DNA of 23,623 nucleotides from Deltaproteobacteria bacterium. Its GTDB lineage: Bacteria; Myxococcota_A; UBA9160; SMWR01. Numbering within the stretch: the first letter of the stretch is position 1; each line of letters opens with the position of its first letter. The DNA lies in NCBI GenBank assembly GCA_032128375.1, contig JAQBGU010000247.1, positions 1 through 23,623 of the forward strand. The letters are read 5' to 3'. Both the position numbers and the translations under genes were made by a program. The notes beneath the pieces are model-generated. The model did no database searches. It had not been told where the DNA came from and worked only from the letters and a program-made list of their open reading frames with translations. This document shows, piece after piece, positions 1 to 7,751 of the stretch.

Positions 1-7
1 ACGCCCG

Positions 8-94
8 TCATGACAACACCCTTTGGTGATAGCGCCTCAGCAACCAGAGAAAGAGCGGACCCCCAGCGAGCGCGGTGATCGCCCCGACGCTCAC
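8..94 (-). pseudogene. C-terminal remnant of a FecCD/BtuC-type iron/cobalamin ABC permease
   Basis: Reads VSVGAITALAGGPLFLWLLRRYHQRVLS*, matching the FecCD terminal motif (PVGxxTAxxGxPxFLWLLRR). The same frame upstream is not hydrophobic or permease-like. Its TGA (10-8) overlaps an ATG (11-9) of a next gene running off the window edge. Confidence 0.65.
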
Positions 95-452
95 TGGACA
101 CCGCTGCTGTCGCGCTGCTGGCGCCGCATTCGCCGCAGAATTTGGCTGTAGCGGGAAGCCCTGTCCCACAGCGCGCGCAATGCGCGGCAAGCGTCGCGCC
201 GCACTCATTACAGAACTTGCCGCGCGAGGGATTCGAGAAGCCGCAGCTCGCGCAGTCCATGGTGGCGGTATTGTATTGGACATCTCCGAAATCTCTCACG
301 AAATCGCCGCGCTGTGGCGTTGTTCGACGGTCGGACCCCGCCTGCTGTCCGGCTCGAAAAGCGGTCGGTCGGTTGCAGGGTAGACCGCGCGACCGCCTGA
401 TTGCCCCGGCAGGGTCTTGTCAGCCGTGCTCGTTTTGCTTTGCTCCCGTCCC

Positions 453-1058
453 ATGAGACGACGCCACTCGACACTCTGGTACCTCGCGCTGGCCGTGGTT
501 GGGGCTGCCGGTTGTTCGACGACGCGGCTCGGCTCGGTTTGGGCCGATCCGAACTACACCGGCGGTGCCTTCCACAAGCTGATGATCATCGGGCTCGGCG
601 CGACCGAGGGGGGCAGGGCGGAGTTCGAAAACAGCGTGGCGGACGCGTTTTTGACACACGGCGTCGTGGCTGTATCGAGCACCGGCTACTTCGCCTCAGC
701 GGAAGACATGACCCGCGACAAGGTGCGCAATTGGGTGGAACGCGATGACTACCAGGGTGTGTTGGTGTCGCGGCTCGTCGACGTCGATCGCCAGCAGGTC
801 GTAGTCGCGCCGACCTACACCGATCTCTGGGGCTACTGGGGGTACTACGGCACCGTCATGACCTCTCCCGGCTACGTGGCCGAGCAGACGACGCTGCGCA
901 TCACCACGGACCTCTTCAATGCCTCGAGCGGGAAGGTCGTCTACACAGCGGAATCGAAAACGTTCGATCCGAGTTCGCGGGGAGAGGCGATTCGCGAGCT
1001 GACTACGCTGCTCACGAAGGATCTGACCCAGCGAGGTCTGCTTCCGCCGAAACAGTAG
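453..1058 (+). CDS. Putative lipoprotein (DUF4136-like)
   Basis: ATG at 453 gives MRRRHSTLWYLALAVVGAAGC: basic N-terminus, hydrophobic stretch and lipobox AAG-C. Tyr/Gly-rich internal segment (WGYWGYYG) and strong GC3 codon bias. Confidence 0.8.
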   Translation: MRRRHSTLWYLALAVVGAAGCSTTRLGSVWADPNYTGGAFHKLMIIGLGATEGGRAEFENSVADAFLTHGVVAVSSTGYFASAEDMTRDKVRNWVERDDYQGVLVSRLVDVDRQQVVVAPTYTDLWGYWGYYGTVMTSPGYVAEQTTLRITTDLFNASSGKVVYTAESKTFDPSSRGEAIRELTTLLTKDLTQRGLLPPKQ

Positions 1059-1195
1059 GGTGTTCATTACCGGCCAGCCGCAAGCCCCGCTCCCATTCTC
1101 GGCCAGGAGTGTCAGGTCCGGCCGCCTGCAAGAAACATGCGAACCGTTTTGGCGCAAGGGCCGTGTTCATTCTGCGGTCCAAAGCGGTTGGCAGG

Positions 1196-1334
1196 GCGCG
1201 GTAGAGCGCCAGCTCCAGTGTGCAGGGGACGACGATGAGGATTTCGAACAATTCGCCCTGGGAATCTGCGCGGTAGAGCGCCAGCTCTGGTGTGCAAGCG
1301 ACGACGCTGAAGAATTCTCAGCATTCGCCCTGGG
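1196..1334. repeat. Imperfect 72-bp direct tandem duplication overlapping the 3' end of the phosphotransferase gene
   Basis: GCGCGGTAGAGCGCCAGCTC occurs at 1196 and 1268; ATTCGCCCTGGG ends at 1262 and 1334. Period is exactly 72. Confidence 0.9.
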
Positions 1335-2595
1335 CGAGTTCTGCGGCGACTCCGTCGAGCAGTTTGTCGAGGAACTCCGGCCAGCGATCCCGCGACTTGC
1401 GGAACACACTGGGTCCAAGTCCCAGATATGCGAGGGCGACGTGAGCGCGCAGTGATTCGGTCGAAACGATTCCCGTGGCTTGGCCGTAGCCTTCGATGAG
1501 CGCTGCGCGCGCTGCGGCAGCCACCACCGGCGAGAGATCGCCGAGCAGTACATCGCGCAGCAGGTGCGCGACGAACAGGCCCAGGTCGTCCAGCGGATTT
1601 CCGAGCGCCGCCTCATCGAGATCCAATAGAGCGATGCCGTCACGCGTCAGGATCACCTGGTTGTCGTAGAAATCGCCGTGGATCGATGCGCGGACTGTCG
1701 GGGCCATTTCTAGTGTGCGCGTGACCTCGTCGGCCAGCCGATTTGCGCGGGACGCGTGTTCGGGCGCCAGCAGGCCGATCAGCGCTGCGGTTCGCCGCAT
1801 ACGCTCGACGCTGCTGGCCGTCGAGCGCTCCGGAAGACCCTGCGCGACCTGAGCGTGGAGACCCGCAAGCGCGGCTCCGACACTTGCGATATCGGCGAGG
1901 TCCGGACTCTCGGCGCGTAGGCTGTCGCGCAATTCGCGTCCCTCGATCCAGTCGAAGGCGAGCATGCGGTGGCGCTCCGAACCTCCGACATGACGCGGCA
2001 GCTGCAGCTGCTCGCTCGACTGGAGTACCCGCTGCGCGTGGCTGGCCCGAGCGAAGCCGGCCTTTCGAGCCAGCTTGAGAACGACGCTTCCCCGCGCCGC
2101 GGGGCCGAGGCGAAATACGGCACGCCGCTCCGGGCGGTAGCGCAGAAGCTCGGGAGTGGTCCGGTGCAGGTGCGGGTGATCGGGCAACGCCGATGCCAGA
2201 AGGCGTCGGCACCTGCCGCCCCCGCCGACCAGCCGCGCCAACGCGCGGACCTTTGGATCGGTCGGAAACGGGAAAACAGAAATGTTGAGGCCCTCGAGAA
2301 TCAGCGGGAAATCACGCGCAGGCTCGAGCGGCGACGCGACCGAATCGGTTGGATCGGACCGACTGGCTTTTGCATAGGCAAAAGGAAGCGGCTCACCTGG
2401 CACCGTGTACAGGGCCACACAGCGCCGCCCAGGTTCGTATCGCAGGTAGTCGGGTGCCGGAATTTCGGAAGGGATCGGGAATGCCTCCGAGCAACCGCGA
2501 ACCGAGCGTTCGAAGAGCTTCGAGTCGAGTAGCGTCGCGAGTCCCGGTACGCCGGGATCGCGCATACAGAGATCCTGATCGGCGCCGGTCAACAT
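1318..2595 (-). CDS. Aminoglycoside phosphotransferase/choline kinase-like family protein
   Basis: Catalytic-loop motif HGDFYDNQV followed by LLDLD; VVLK lysine; two RYxPxRR segments. Start taken as ATG 2595 (MLTGADQDL) rather than 2724. Confidence 0.8.
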   Translation of the reverse strand: MLTGADQDLCMRDPGVPGLATLLDSKLFERSVRGCSEAFPIPSEIPAPDYLRYEPGRRCVALYTVPGEPLPFAYAKASRSDPTDSVASPLEPARDFPLILEGLNISVFPFPTDPKVRALARLVGGGGRCRRLLASALPDHPHLHRTTPELLRYRPERRAVFRLGPAARGSVVLKLARKAGFARASHAQRVLQSSEQLQLPRHVGGSERHRMLAFDWIEGRELRDSLRAESPDLADIASVGAALAGLHAQVAQGLPERSTASSVERMRRTAALIGLLAPEHASRANRLADEVTRTLEMAPTVRASIHGDFYDNQVILTRDGIALLDLDEAALGNPLDDLGLFVAHLLRDVLLGDLSPVVAAAARAALIEGYGQATGIVSTESLRAHVALAYLGLGPSVFRKSRDRWPEFLDKLLDGVAAELAQGEC

Positions 2596-2659
2596 GAATG
2601 TCCGCCTATGCGATCGACAGTCTAGCCACCGGACTGCCGATCGCTGCGAAAGAACGCGC

Positions 2660-2773
2660 GAGGAAGCGCGCGCGAAGATCGGCGTGCCCAGCATGCAGCA
2701 CGCACACCCGCGCGGCTTCCCCACGCAGGGGCGCTGGCTCGAGAAGCTGGAGCACAGGATCGAGGGACGTTAG
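2660..2773 (+). pseudogene. Possible orphan C-terminal gene fragment
   Basis: The frame ending at TAG 2771-2773 reads EEARAKIGVPSMQHAHPRGFPTQGRWLEKLEHRIEGR* with host-like GC3 codons and no convincing gene start. Family uncertain (loosely Coq4-like tail). Confidence 0.3.
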
Positions 2774-2894
2774 GCGTACGATTCCCCCCAATGAGTGGCG
2801 ACGCTAGCGGTCGACGCAAAGAAGCCACGTCGGACGTTCCGGTCGATACTGCAGGAAGAATCGAACGTCGTCGTCGATGCGAGATCAGCGAGCG

Positions 2895-3389
2895 TCACGA
2901 ATCCGTTCGGGCGGCAATCAGGTCCGGACGGTACTCGGGGTGGTCCGTCAGCCACTGCGACAACGCGCGCATTGACTCCTCGTTCTTGTTGTTGATGAAC
3001 CGGTAGATCTGACCCTCGAACCACTTGTAGGGCGCCTTCGTGAGGTGGTAGCGCTCGTCGAAGTGGAGCCGTGTCTGCGACGGGCCGAGTGGTTCGAGGC
3101 GTACGTGGCCGGTCTGGTCGTTTCCTGGCTCGCGCGAGATCATCGTGTAGGTGTACCCGCGATTCGCTTCGACGTCGGTAACGAGTTCGAGCGCCGCGCC
3201 GCGACGCCCGAACGGCATCGGGTAAATGACGCGTCGCAGCAGGCCGCTGCCAGTGGCGTCACCCGGGTGCAGGATTTCGACGCTGAGCACCATCGGCGCG
3301 TACTCGGGCCAGCGATCGTAGTCCTGCATCAGCGCCCACAGGCGTTTCGCGGAATGGGGGAAGTCGATCGAGTAGCGATGCTCGCGCAC
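2895..3389 (-). CDS. SRPBCC (polyketide cyclase/START-like) family protein
   Basis: 164 aa. N-terminal 'LWALMQDYDRWPEYAP', 'G.G..R' strand and C-terminal amphipathic helix are typical of SRPBCC folds. Confidence 0.8.
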   Translation of the reverse strand: MREHRYSIDFPHSAKRLWALMQDYDRWPEYAPMVLSVEILHPGDATGSGLLRRVIYPMPFGRRGAALELVTDVEANRGYTYTMISREPGNDQTGHVRLEPLGPSQTRLHFDERYHLTKAPYKWFEGQIYRFINNKNEESMRALSQWLTDHPEYRPDLIAARTDS

Positions 3390-3500
3390 AGCGGGTCAGC
3401 ATATTCCGGCCGCCGACGGGCTGCTACCCAGCGGCGCCATGACCGAGCCCTTCCTCTTCAATCCCGTCGAAGTTCGCCGCGATCGAGGGTTCGTATGGCG

Positions 3501-3650
3501 TCAATCTCTACCAGGCCCCCTCAACCCCGCCACCTGGATCCGGTGTGCGAAAAACAGAATCAGCGGAATCGTGATCGGAAATGCAACGAGCATACCGATC
3601 GAGCCGAACCAGAAGGCGCCCTGCTCGAGAAGGGCGATTGGAATCGGCGG
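3501..3650 (-). pseudogene. Possible membrane-protein C-terminal fragment
   Basis: Reads PPIPIALLEQGAFWFGSIGMLVAFPITIPLILFFAHRIQVAGLRGPGRD*: one hydrophobic helix, preceded directly by an in-frame TAG. Confidence 0.25.
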
Positions 3651-3705
3651 CTATCCTACTCGACCTGATCGGCTGAGAATAAGCTCCTCTCGGTCGTGTT
3701 CTGGC

Positions 3706-4464
3706 CTAGCGTCCCTCGGCTGGCTCCAGAGCATCTCGAGGCCGCTGTGCCTCGCCAGTCATGGGTACGAAGCGGACGTCGATCAGTTTCTCGCGCTCGA
3801 TGCCCTGTGGCGTTCGCCGTATCAGGAGCAGTTCCTGGCTCGAGCGTCCTACCGGCAAGACCATACGGCCGCCGACGGCGAGTTGATCGATCAACGGTTG
3901 TGGGACGTGACCGGGTGCGGCTGTCACGATGATGGCATCGAATGGCGCGTGCTCGGGCCATCCCTGGTAGCCATCGCCTACGCGCACATGGACGCTGCCG
4001 AAGCCCAACCGCGCCAGGTCTCGTTTTGCGCGTTCGCCGAGTTCGGGAACGATCTCGATCGTGTAGACCTCTTTCGCGAGTCGGGCGAGCACGGCGGATT
4101 GATAGCCGGAGCCGGTCCCGATCTCGAGAACGGTCTCGTCGCCACGCAGTTCGAGTACCTGGCTCATCAGCGCAACGATGTAGGGCTGCGAGATCGTTTG
4201 CCGAAATCCGATGGGAAGCGGCCAGTCTTGATACGCGTGTTCGCGATGTTCTTCAGGAACGAATTCGTGACGGGGTACATCGCGCAGTGCGCGCAGCACG
4301 CGAACGTCGTTCACTCCGCGAGTGGCGATCTGGGTTTCGATCATTCGCTCTCGTTCCGCCCGACGCGAGTCGTCGGCCCTCGCATCGATCGACATCGCGG
4401 CAAGAGACCAGCCGGCCCAGACCGCCACGACCATGCGATGATGACTGTTCGTTCGGTTCGACAC
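3706..4464 (-). CDS. pcm: Protein-L-isoaspartate(D-aspartate) O-methyltransferase
   Basis: Motifs TISQPYIVALM, VLEIGTGSGYQSA, GDGYQGWPEHAPFDAIIVTAA, VRFVPM. Start is GTG 4464 or ATG 4434. Confidence 0.95.
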   Translation of the reverse strand: MSNRTNSHHRMVVAVWAGWSLAAMSIDARADDSRRAERERMIETQIATRGVNDVRVLRALRDVPRHEFVPEEHREHAYQDWPLPIGFRQTISQPYIVALMSQVLELRGDETVLEIGTGSGYQSAVLARLAKEVYTIEIVPELGERAKRDLARLGFGSVHVRVGDGYQGWPEHAPFDAIIVTAAPGHVPQPLIDQLAVGGRMVLPVGRSSQELLLIRRTPQGIEREKLIDVRFVPMTGEAQRPRDALEPAEGR

Positions 4465-4479
4465 CTTAGCCCCAGCAGC

Positions 4480-5487
4480 CTACGCGGCGACAGGCTCGCA
4501 GGCCCCGCGGAGTTTCATTCCCGCCTTTCGATAGATGTTGTCGATGACCCGCATGTTCGCGACGCCGGAATCGGCGTCGGTGATTGCGGGCTTGACACCG
4601 CGCACCGCCTGTTCGAACGCTCGAAGCTGGCAGGTGTAGGTAGCATCTCCCGGAACCGATTCCGTGGTGGTGACACCATCGCGACACACTTTCAGTCGAT
4701 GGAAGACATGGGGCGCGAGCGGGTTGAAGACATTGACGAAACCTCGTTCGGTCGTGACTCGGGCGGATAGCTTGAAAAGCTGCGCAGAAAACAGCGATGC
4801 CGTCGTGCGGCCGGTCGCGCCGTTTTCGAAGCGATACTCGGCCTGCATCCAGCGATCGACGTCGGGCGATGCATGTCGCGCCCGGGCGCTCACTACTTCG
4901 GGTTCGGAACCGCCCAGAAAGCGCAGAATGCTGACCGCGTAGCAGCCGATGTCCATGCTGGCACCACCCGCGAGATCGTACCGGTAGCGGATGTCGCCTG
5001 GGATCACGAACGGAACGCATGTCGACACCTCAACGTGTCGAATGGCTCCGAGGTCACCGCGATCGAGCAACTCGCGTACGCGCGTGGCCAGCGGGTGGTA
5101 GCGCCAATGGAACGCTTCGGTGAGCACGCGTCCCGCTCGGTCGGCGGTGATCTTCATCGCGTGCGCTTCGGCTTCATTCGACGCCAGGGGTTTCTCGCAC
5201 AGAACGTGCTTGCCGGCCTCGAGGGATCGAATCGTCCACTCACAATGCAGTGCGTTTGGAAGCGGGTTGTAGATCGCGTCGATCTCCGGGTCGCGCACGA
5301 GATCGTCGTAGGTCTCGTGGACGCGCCCGATCGCGTGCTTCGTCGCGAATTTCTGCGCGCGCGCCTTGTCGCGAGCCGCCACCGCTGCGATTTGGACTTC
5401 GGGCACCTCACGCGCGGGGCGAATCAATGCCATCGGAGCGATGCGGGCGGCGCCAAGAATCCCGATTCGAAGGGGACATGCATTCAT
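4480..5487 (-). CDS. Gfo/Idh/MocA family oxidoreductase
   Basis: Motifs IGILGAARIA, IYNPLPNALH, GKHVLCEKP, GGASMDIGCY. Probably co-transcribed with pcm (15-bp gap). Confidence 0.93.
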   Translation of the reverse strand: MNACPLRIGILGAARIAPMALIRPAREVPEVQIAAVAARDKARAQKFATKHAIGRVHETYDDLVRDPEIDAIYNPLPNALHCEWTIRSLEAGKHVLCEKPLASNEAEAHAMKITADRAGRVLTEAFHWRYHPLATRVRELLDRGDLGAIRHVEVSTCVPFVIPGDIRYRYDLAGGASMDIGCYAVSILRFLGGSEPEVVSARARHASPDVDRWMQAEYRFENGATGRTTASLFSAQLFKLSARVTTERGFVNVFNPLAPHVFHRLKVCRDGVTTTESVPGDATYTCQLRAFEQAVRGVKPAITDADSGVANMRVIDNIYRKAGMKLRGACEPVAA

Positions 5488-5792
5488 CGTCCGGCAGTAT
5501 CACCGAAACGGCCAGCACGTCAAAGTGTTCTGACCCGTACGCGGGGTGGCGGCCGTGTACGGAGGTCTCGTACACTGGGTCTGCGCTCGACGAGCGACTT
5601 CTTCTCCCGCGACTGATGGCTGCGAATTTGGATCGAGTGTGGCGATTTGGGCCAATCTCGGAAGCGGATTGTCCGGCGCGCAACGGTGGTCAACATGCGG
5701 CTCGAACACGGGCTCGAGACCCGATACCTGCGCCTCGAGCTCAGCGTGGATCTGCCGGACGGACTGGCACGCTTCCAGATCGGGCTGATCGA

Positions 5793-6318
5793 GTGGCCGA
5801 GGGCAGCAGTCGCCGCACAGGAACGGTCGCCATCTTTGGCGTGGCTGTGCTCATCAACGGGGTTCTTTCGATCTTCCTGCTCGACCAGGCGGGAAATACG
5901 CGCCTAAAGATCACCGACCTCGAGAGCACGCTCGTGAGTGAGCAGGACGTCGCATTGCTGCGGCCCATTCGCATTGACCAAGACCGCTGCGAGCGCTGTC
6001 ACACCGATCGACGCTACGCCAAGCTCCGGCAATGACACAGTCCAGGTCCTGGCGACGATCCGGCGCATGCGCACTCACCCGGGCACGGACATCCCGCCGG
6101 AGGAGGAGGTCCACGAGATCCAATCGGCGCTGCTGGTCTTCCGCTGCACTGCGTGTCATGGCGAAGCCGTGCTGAGCCAGCTCGTTTTCTTGCCTCCAGA
6201 CGAACGTGTCCGCTTGCTACGAACCAAGGTCGCGATGCCCGGCTCGGGCTTTCGCACCGATCAGGTCGGCGAGAGGATCGAGGCTTTCCGATTTTTCGCG
6301 CGCCGTTCGCCGAGTTGA
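5793..6318 (+). pseudogene. Frameshifted membrane-anchored di-haem c-type cytochrome
   Basis: The GTG 5793 frame gives a TM helix (VAIFGVAVLINGVLSIFLL) and CERCH (5988-6002), then stops at 6035. The +1 frame continues QVLATIRRMRTHPG...CTACH (6145-6159) to TGA 6318. Confidence 0.65.
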
Positions 6319-6399
6319 GCGGACGGGCATTGCCTCTCCCTCGTCATCCTTGTCTCACGACATCCCTACCACCGACCTGCCTACGACAGGGGTGAATCA

Positions 6400-7005
6400 A
6401 TGATTTCGATTGCCCGAACCGCAATGAGCGCTCACGTTGTGTTCGCAATCCTGTGTCTCGCAGGACCCACGTTCGCACAAGACCGCGACGAGGAAATCCG
6501 GATCCTGCGCGACGAAAACGACCGGATGCGCGAGCAGCTGCGCGAACAGGATGAGCGCCTCGACGCACTCGAGAAGCGCCCGGCGGCGACCCAGACGGCT
6601 GCCTCCGATTCCGATGGAGACGCTGCGGAAGGCGAGGTGGTGTTCGTCGGCGACCCCGACCTGCCGTGGCTCGACAACCGCTATTACAAGGTACACATCC
6701 AGATCCGACCGCGGATCGACCTCGCGAAGATCGACGGCTTCGAGAGTTCGCAGGCCTATACGATCCGGACGCACGCAGGGATCGGCCTGAAGCCGTGGCA
6801 GGGTTAATTCGCGGGTACGCTGATGTACCACGAGTTCTGGTTCGCGGACGGCGGGAGCCACCTCGGTCGTGAACTCGACGGTGTATGGACCCGCCCATTC
6901 AACGATTACCTGACGGGGCTCTTCAAGTTCGCGTGGTTCGACGGGACGTCAAAGGGGCCGGCCGACCGCTGGCGCGTCTGGTTCCAAGTGAACTTCGGGT
7001 ACTGA
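6400..7005 (+). pseudogene. Internally deleted outer-membrane beta-barrel (alginate-export-family-like porin)
   Basis: Signal peptide, coiled coil and first strands (IRPRIDLAK...AYTIRTHAGIGLKPWQG), then TAA 6805-6807. The same frame resumes with YHEFW...LGRELD...FKFAWF...DRWRVWFQVNFGY*, ending in an aromatic residue. About 200 codons in total, too short for this kind of barrel. Confidence 0.7.
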
Positions 7006-7306
7006 TCAACCCGGACGGAGCTTCGGAAGCGGCGTCTCGACGGGCGAAAACGCGCGAGCCGATGTGATTGGGTCACTGGAGTATCGCGTGGAAGCTGCGC
7101 TGTGGCCGAATTCAAGAAGGAAACGGCGAGTCTTCATTTGCGCTATAAGTCAGCAGCGAACCTCTATGTGGGCGGCCGTGGATTTGGATCGAAGTTCTCG
7201 AGCCGTGTCGGTGGAACCTCCATCGCAGCCTGTCAGGTGATTTACCCGAACCCCATTTCACAACTATGTTGTGTGCGAGGGACCGGCTGTTTCGTGAGTA
7301 AGGGGG

Positions 7307-7507
7307 ATGGGTGTCGCTTCGCAGCATGATCGCGACGATCCGCAAGCCCAGCGGGAAGTGGGCGTTCGGAACGCTGCTGGGCCGGGCTTCGACTCCTTGA
7401 ACGAGGACATCCAGCTGCCCGTTCCGGAGCCGCGAGCGATTGGGCTGGCGATGGCCGCGCTGGCTAGTCTCGGGATCCTTGGGCGCCGACGCAGACGTCG
7501 CCTTTGA
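7307..7507 (+). pseudogene. Isolated PEP-CTERM sorting-signal fragment
   Basis: VPEP (7421-7432), hydrophobic helix AIGLAMAALASLGILG and basic tail RRRRRRL*. No passenger domain or signal peptide in frame. Confidence 0.7.
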
Positions 7508-7751
7508 GCTGTGCCGTGTTGCAGACAGACGCGGTGGCGCGCGGGTTGTTCGTTACGCCCCACACCGCGATATCCTCGAGCTTGGTGGGGTCCGGCTTTC
7601 GTTCGCTTCGCGGTCAGCCTCGACTGTGAAGGCCAGCCGCGGCAGAATGGCCGCCACCAGCAGCTTGGCGCTGCTGGGACTCGTGATGATTGGCGATCGT
7701 CCAGATCCGAGCCCGACCCGACTGGCGCGACTTCGGAACTCCACATACGCG

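Noticed and set aside
100..450. Cobalamin riboswitch upstream of the FecCD/BtuC remnant; 10-bp inverted repeat at 182-191/216-225
   Set aside because: I could not find the conserved B12-box and core motifs in order. A lone GC-rich inverted repeat is weak evidence.
1125..1142. Sigma-54-like sequence on the minus strand (TCGCATGTTTCTTGCA)
   Set aside because: It lacks the invariant GG and points into the 3' end of an opposite-strand gene.
1012..1320. Selenocysteine read-through at Cys-TGA of the phosphotransferase
   Set aside because: The protein already ends at a natural-looking position, no convincing SECIS hairpin follows, and the open frame is explained by the 72-bp duplication.
1196..1334. 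CRISPR array
   Set aside because: Only two copies, and the whole 72-bp unit is similar; there are no unique spacers and no cas genes.
3439..4770. 443-aa plus-strand ORF, and similar long ORFs at 7511-8929, 8592-9863, 14402-15628 and 22017-23102
   Set aside because: Antisense or off-frame shadows of well-supported genes, expected at high GC, with no recognisable motifs.
7102..7329. 75-aa ORF in a lower-GC patch
   Set aside because: No motif, poor codon bias and no clear RBS.
7440..7751. N-terminal extension of TamA, including a hydrophobic SSLALLGLVMIG stretch resembling a third PEP-CTERM tail
   Set aside because: A proper signal peptide starts at ATG 7752. The stretch lacks both the PEP motif and the basic cluster.
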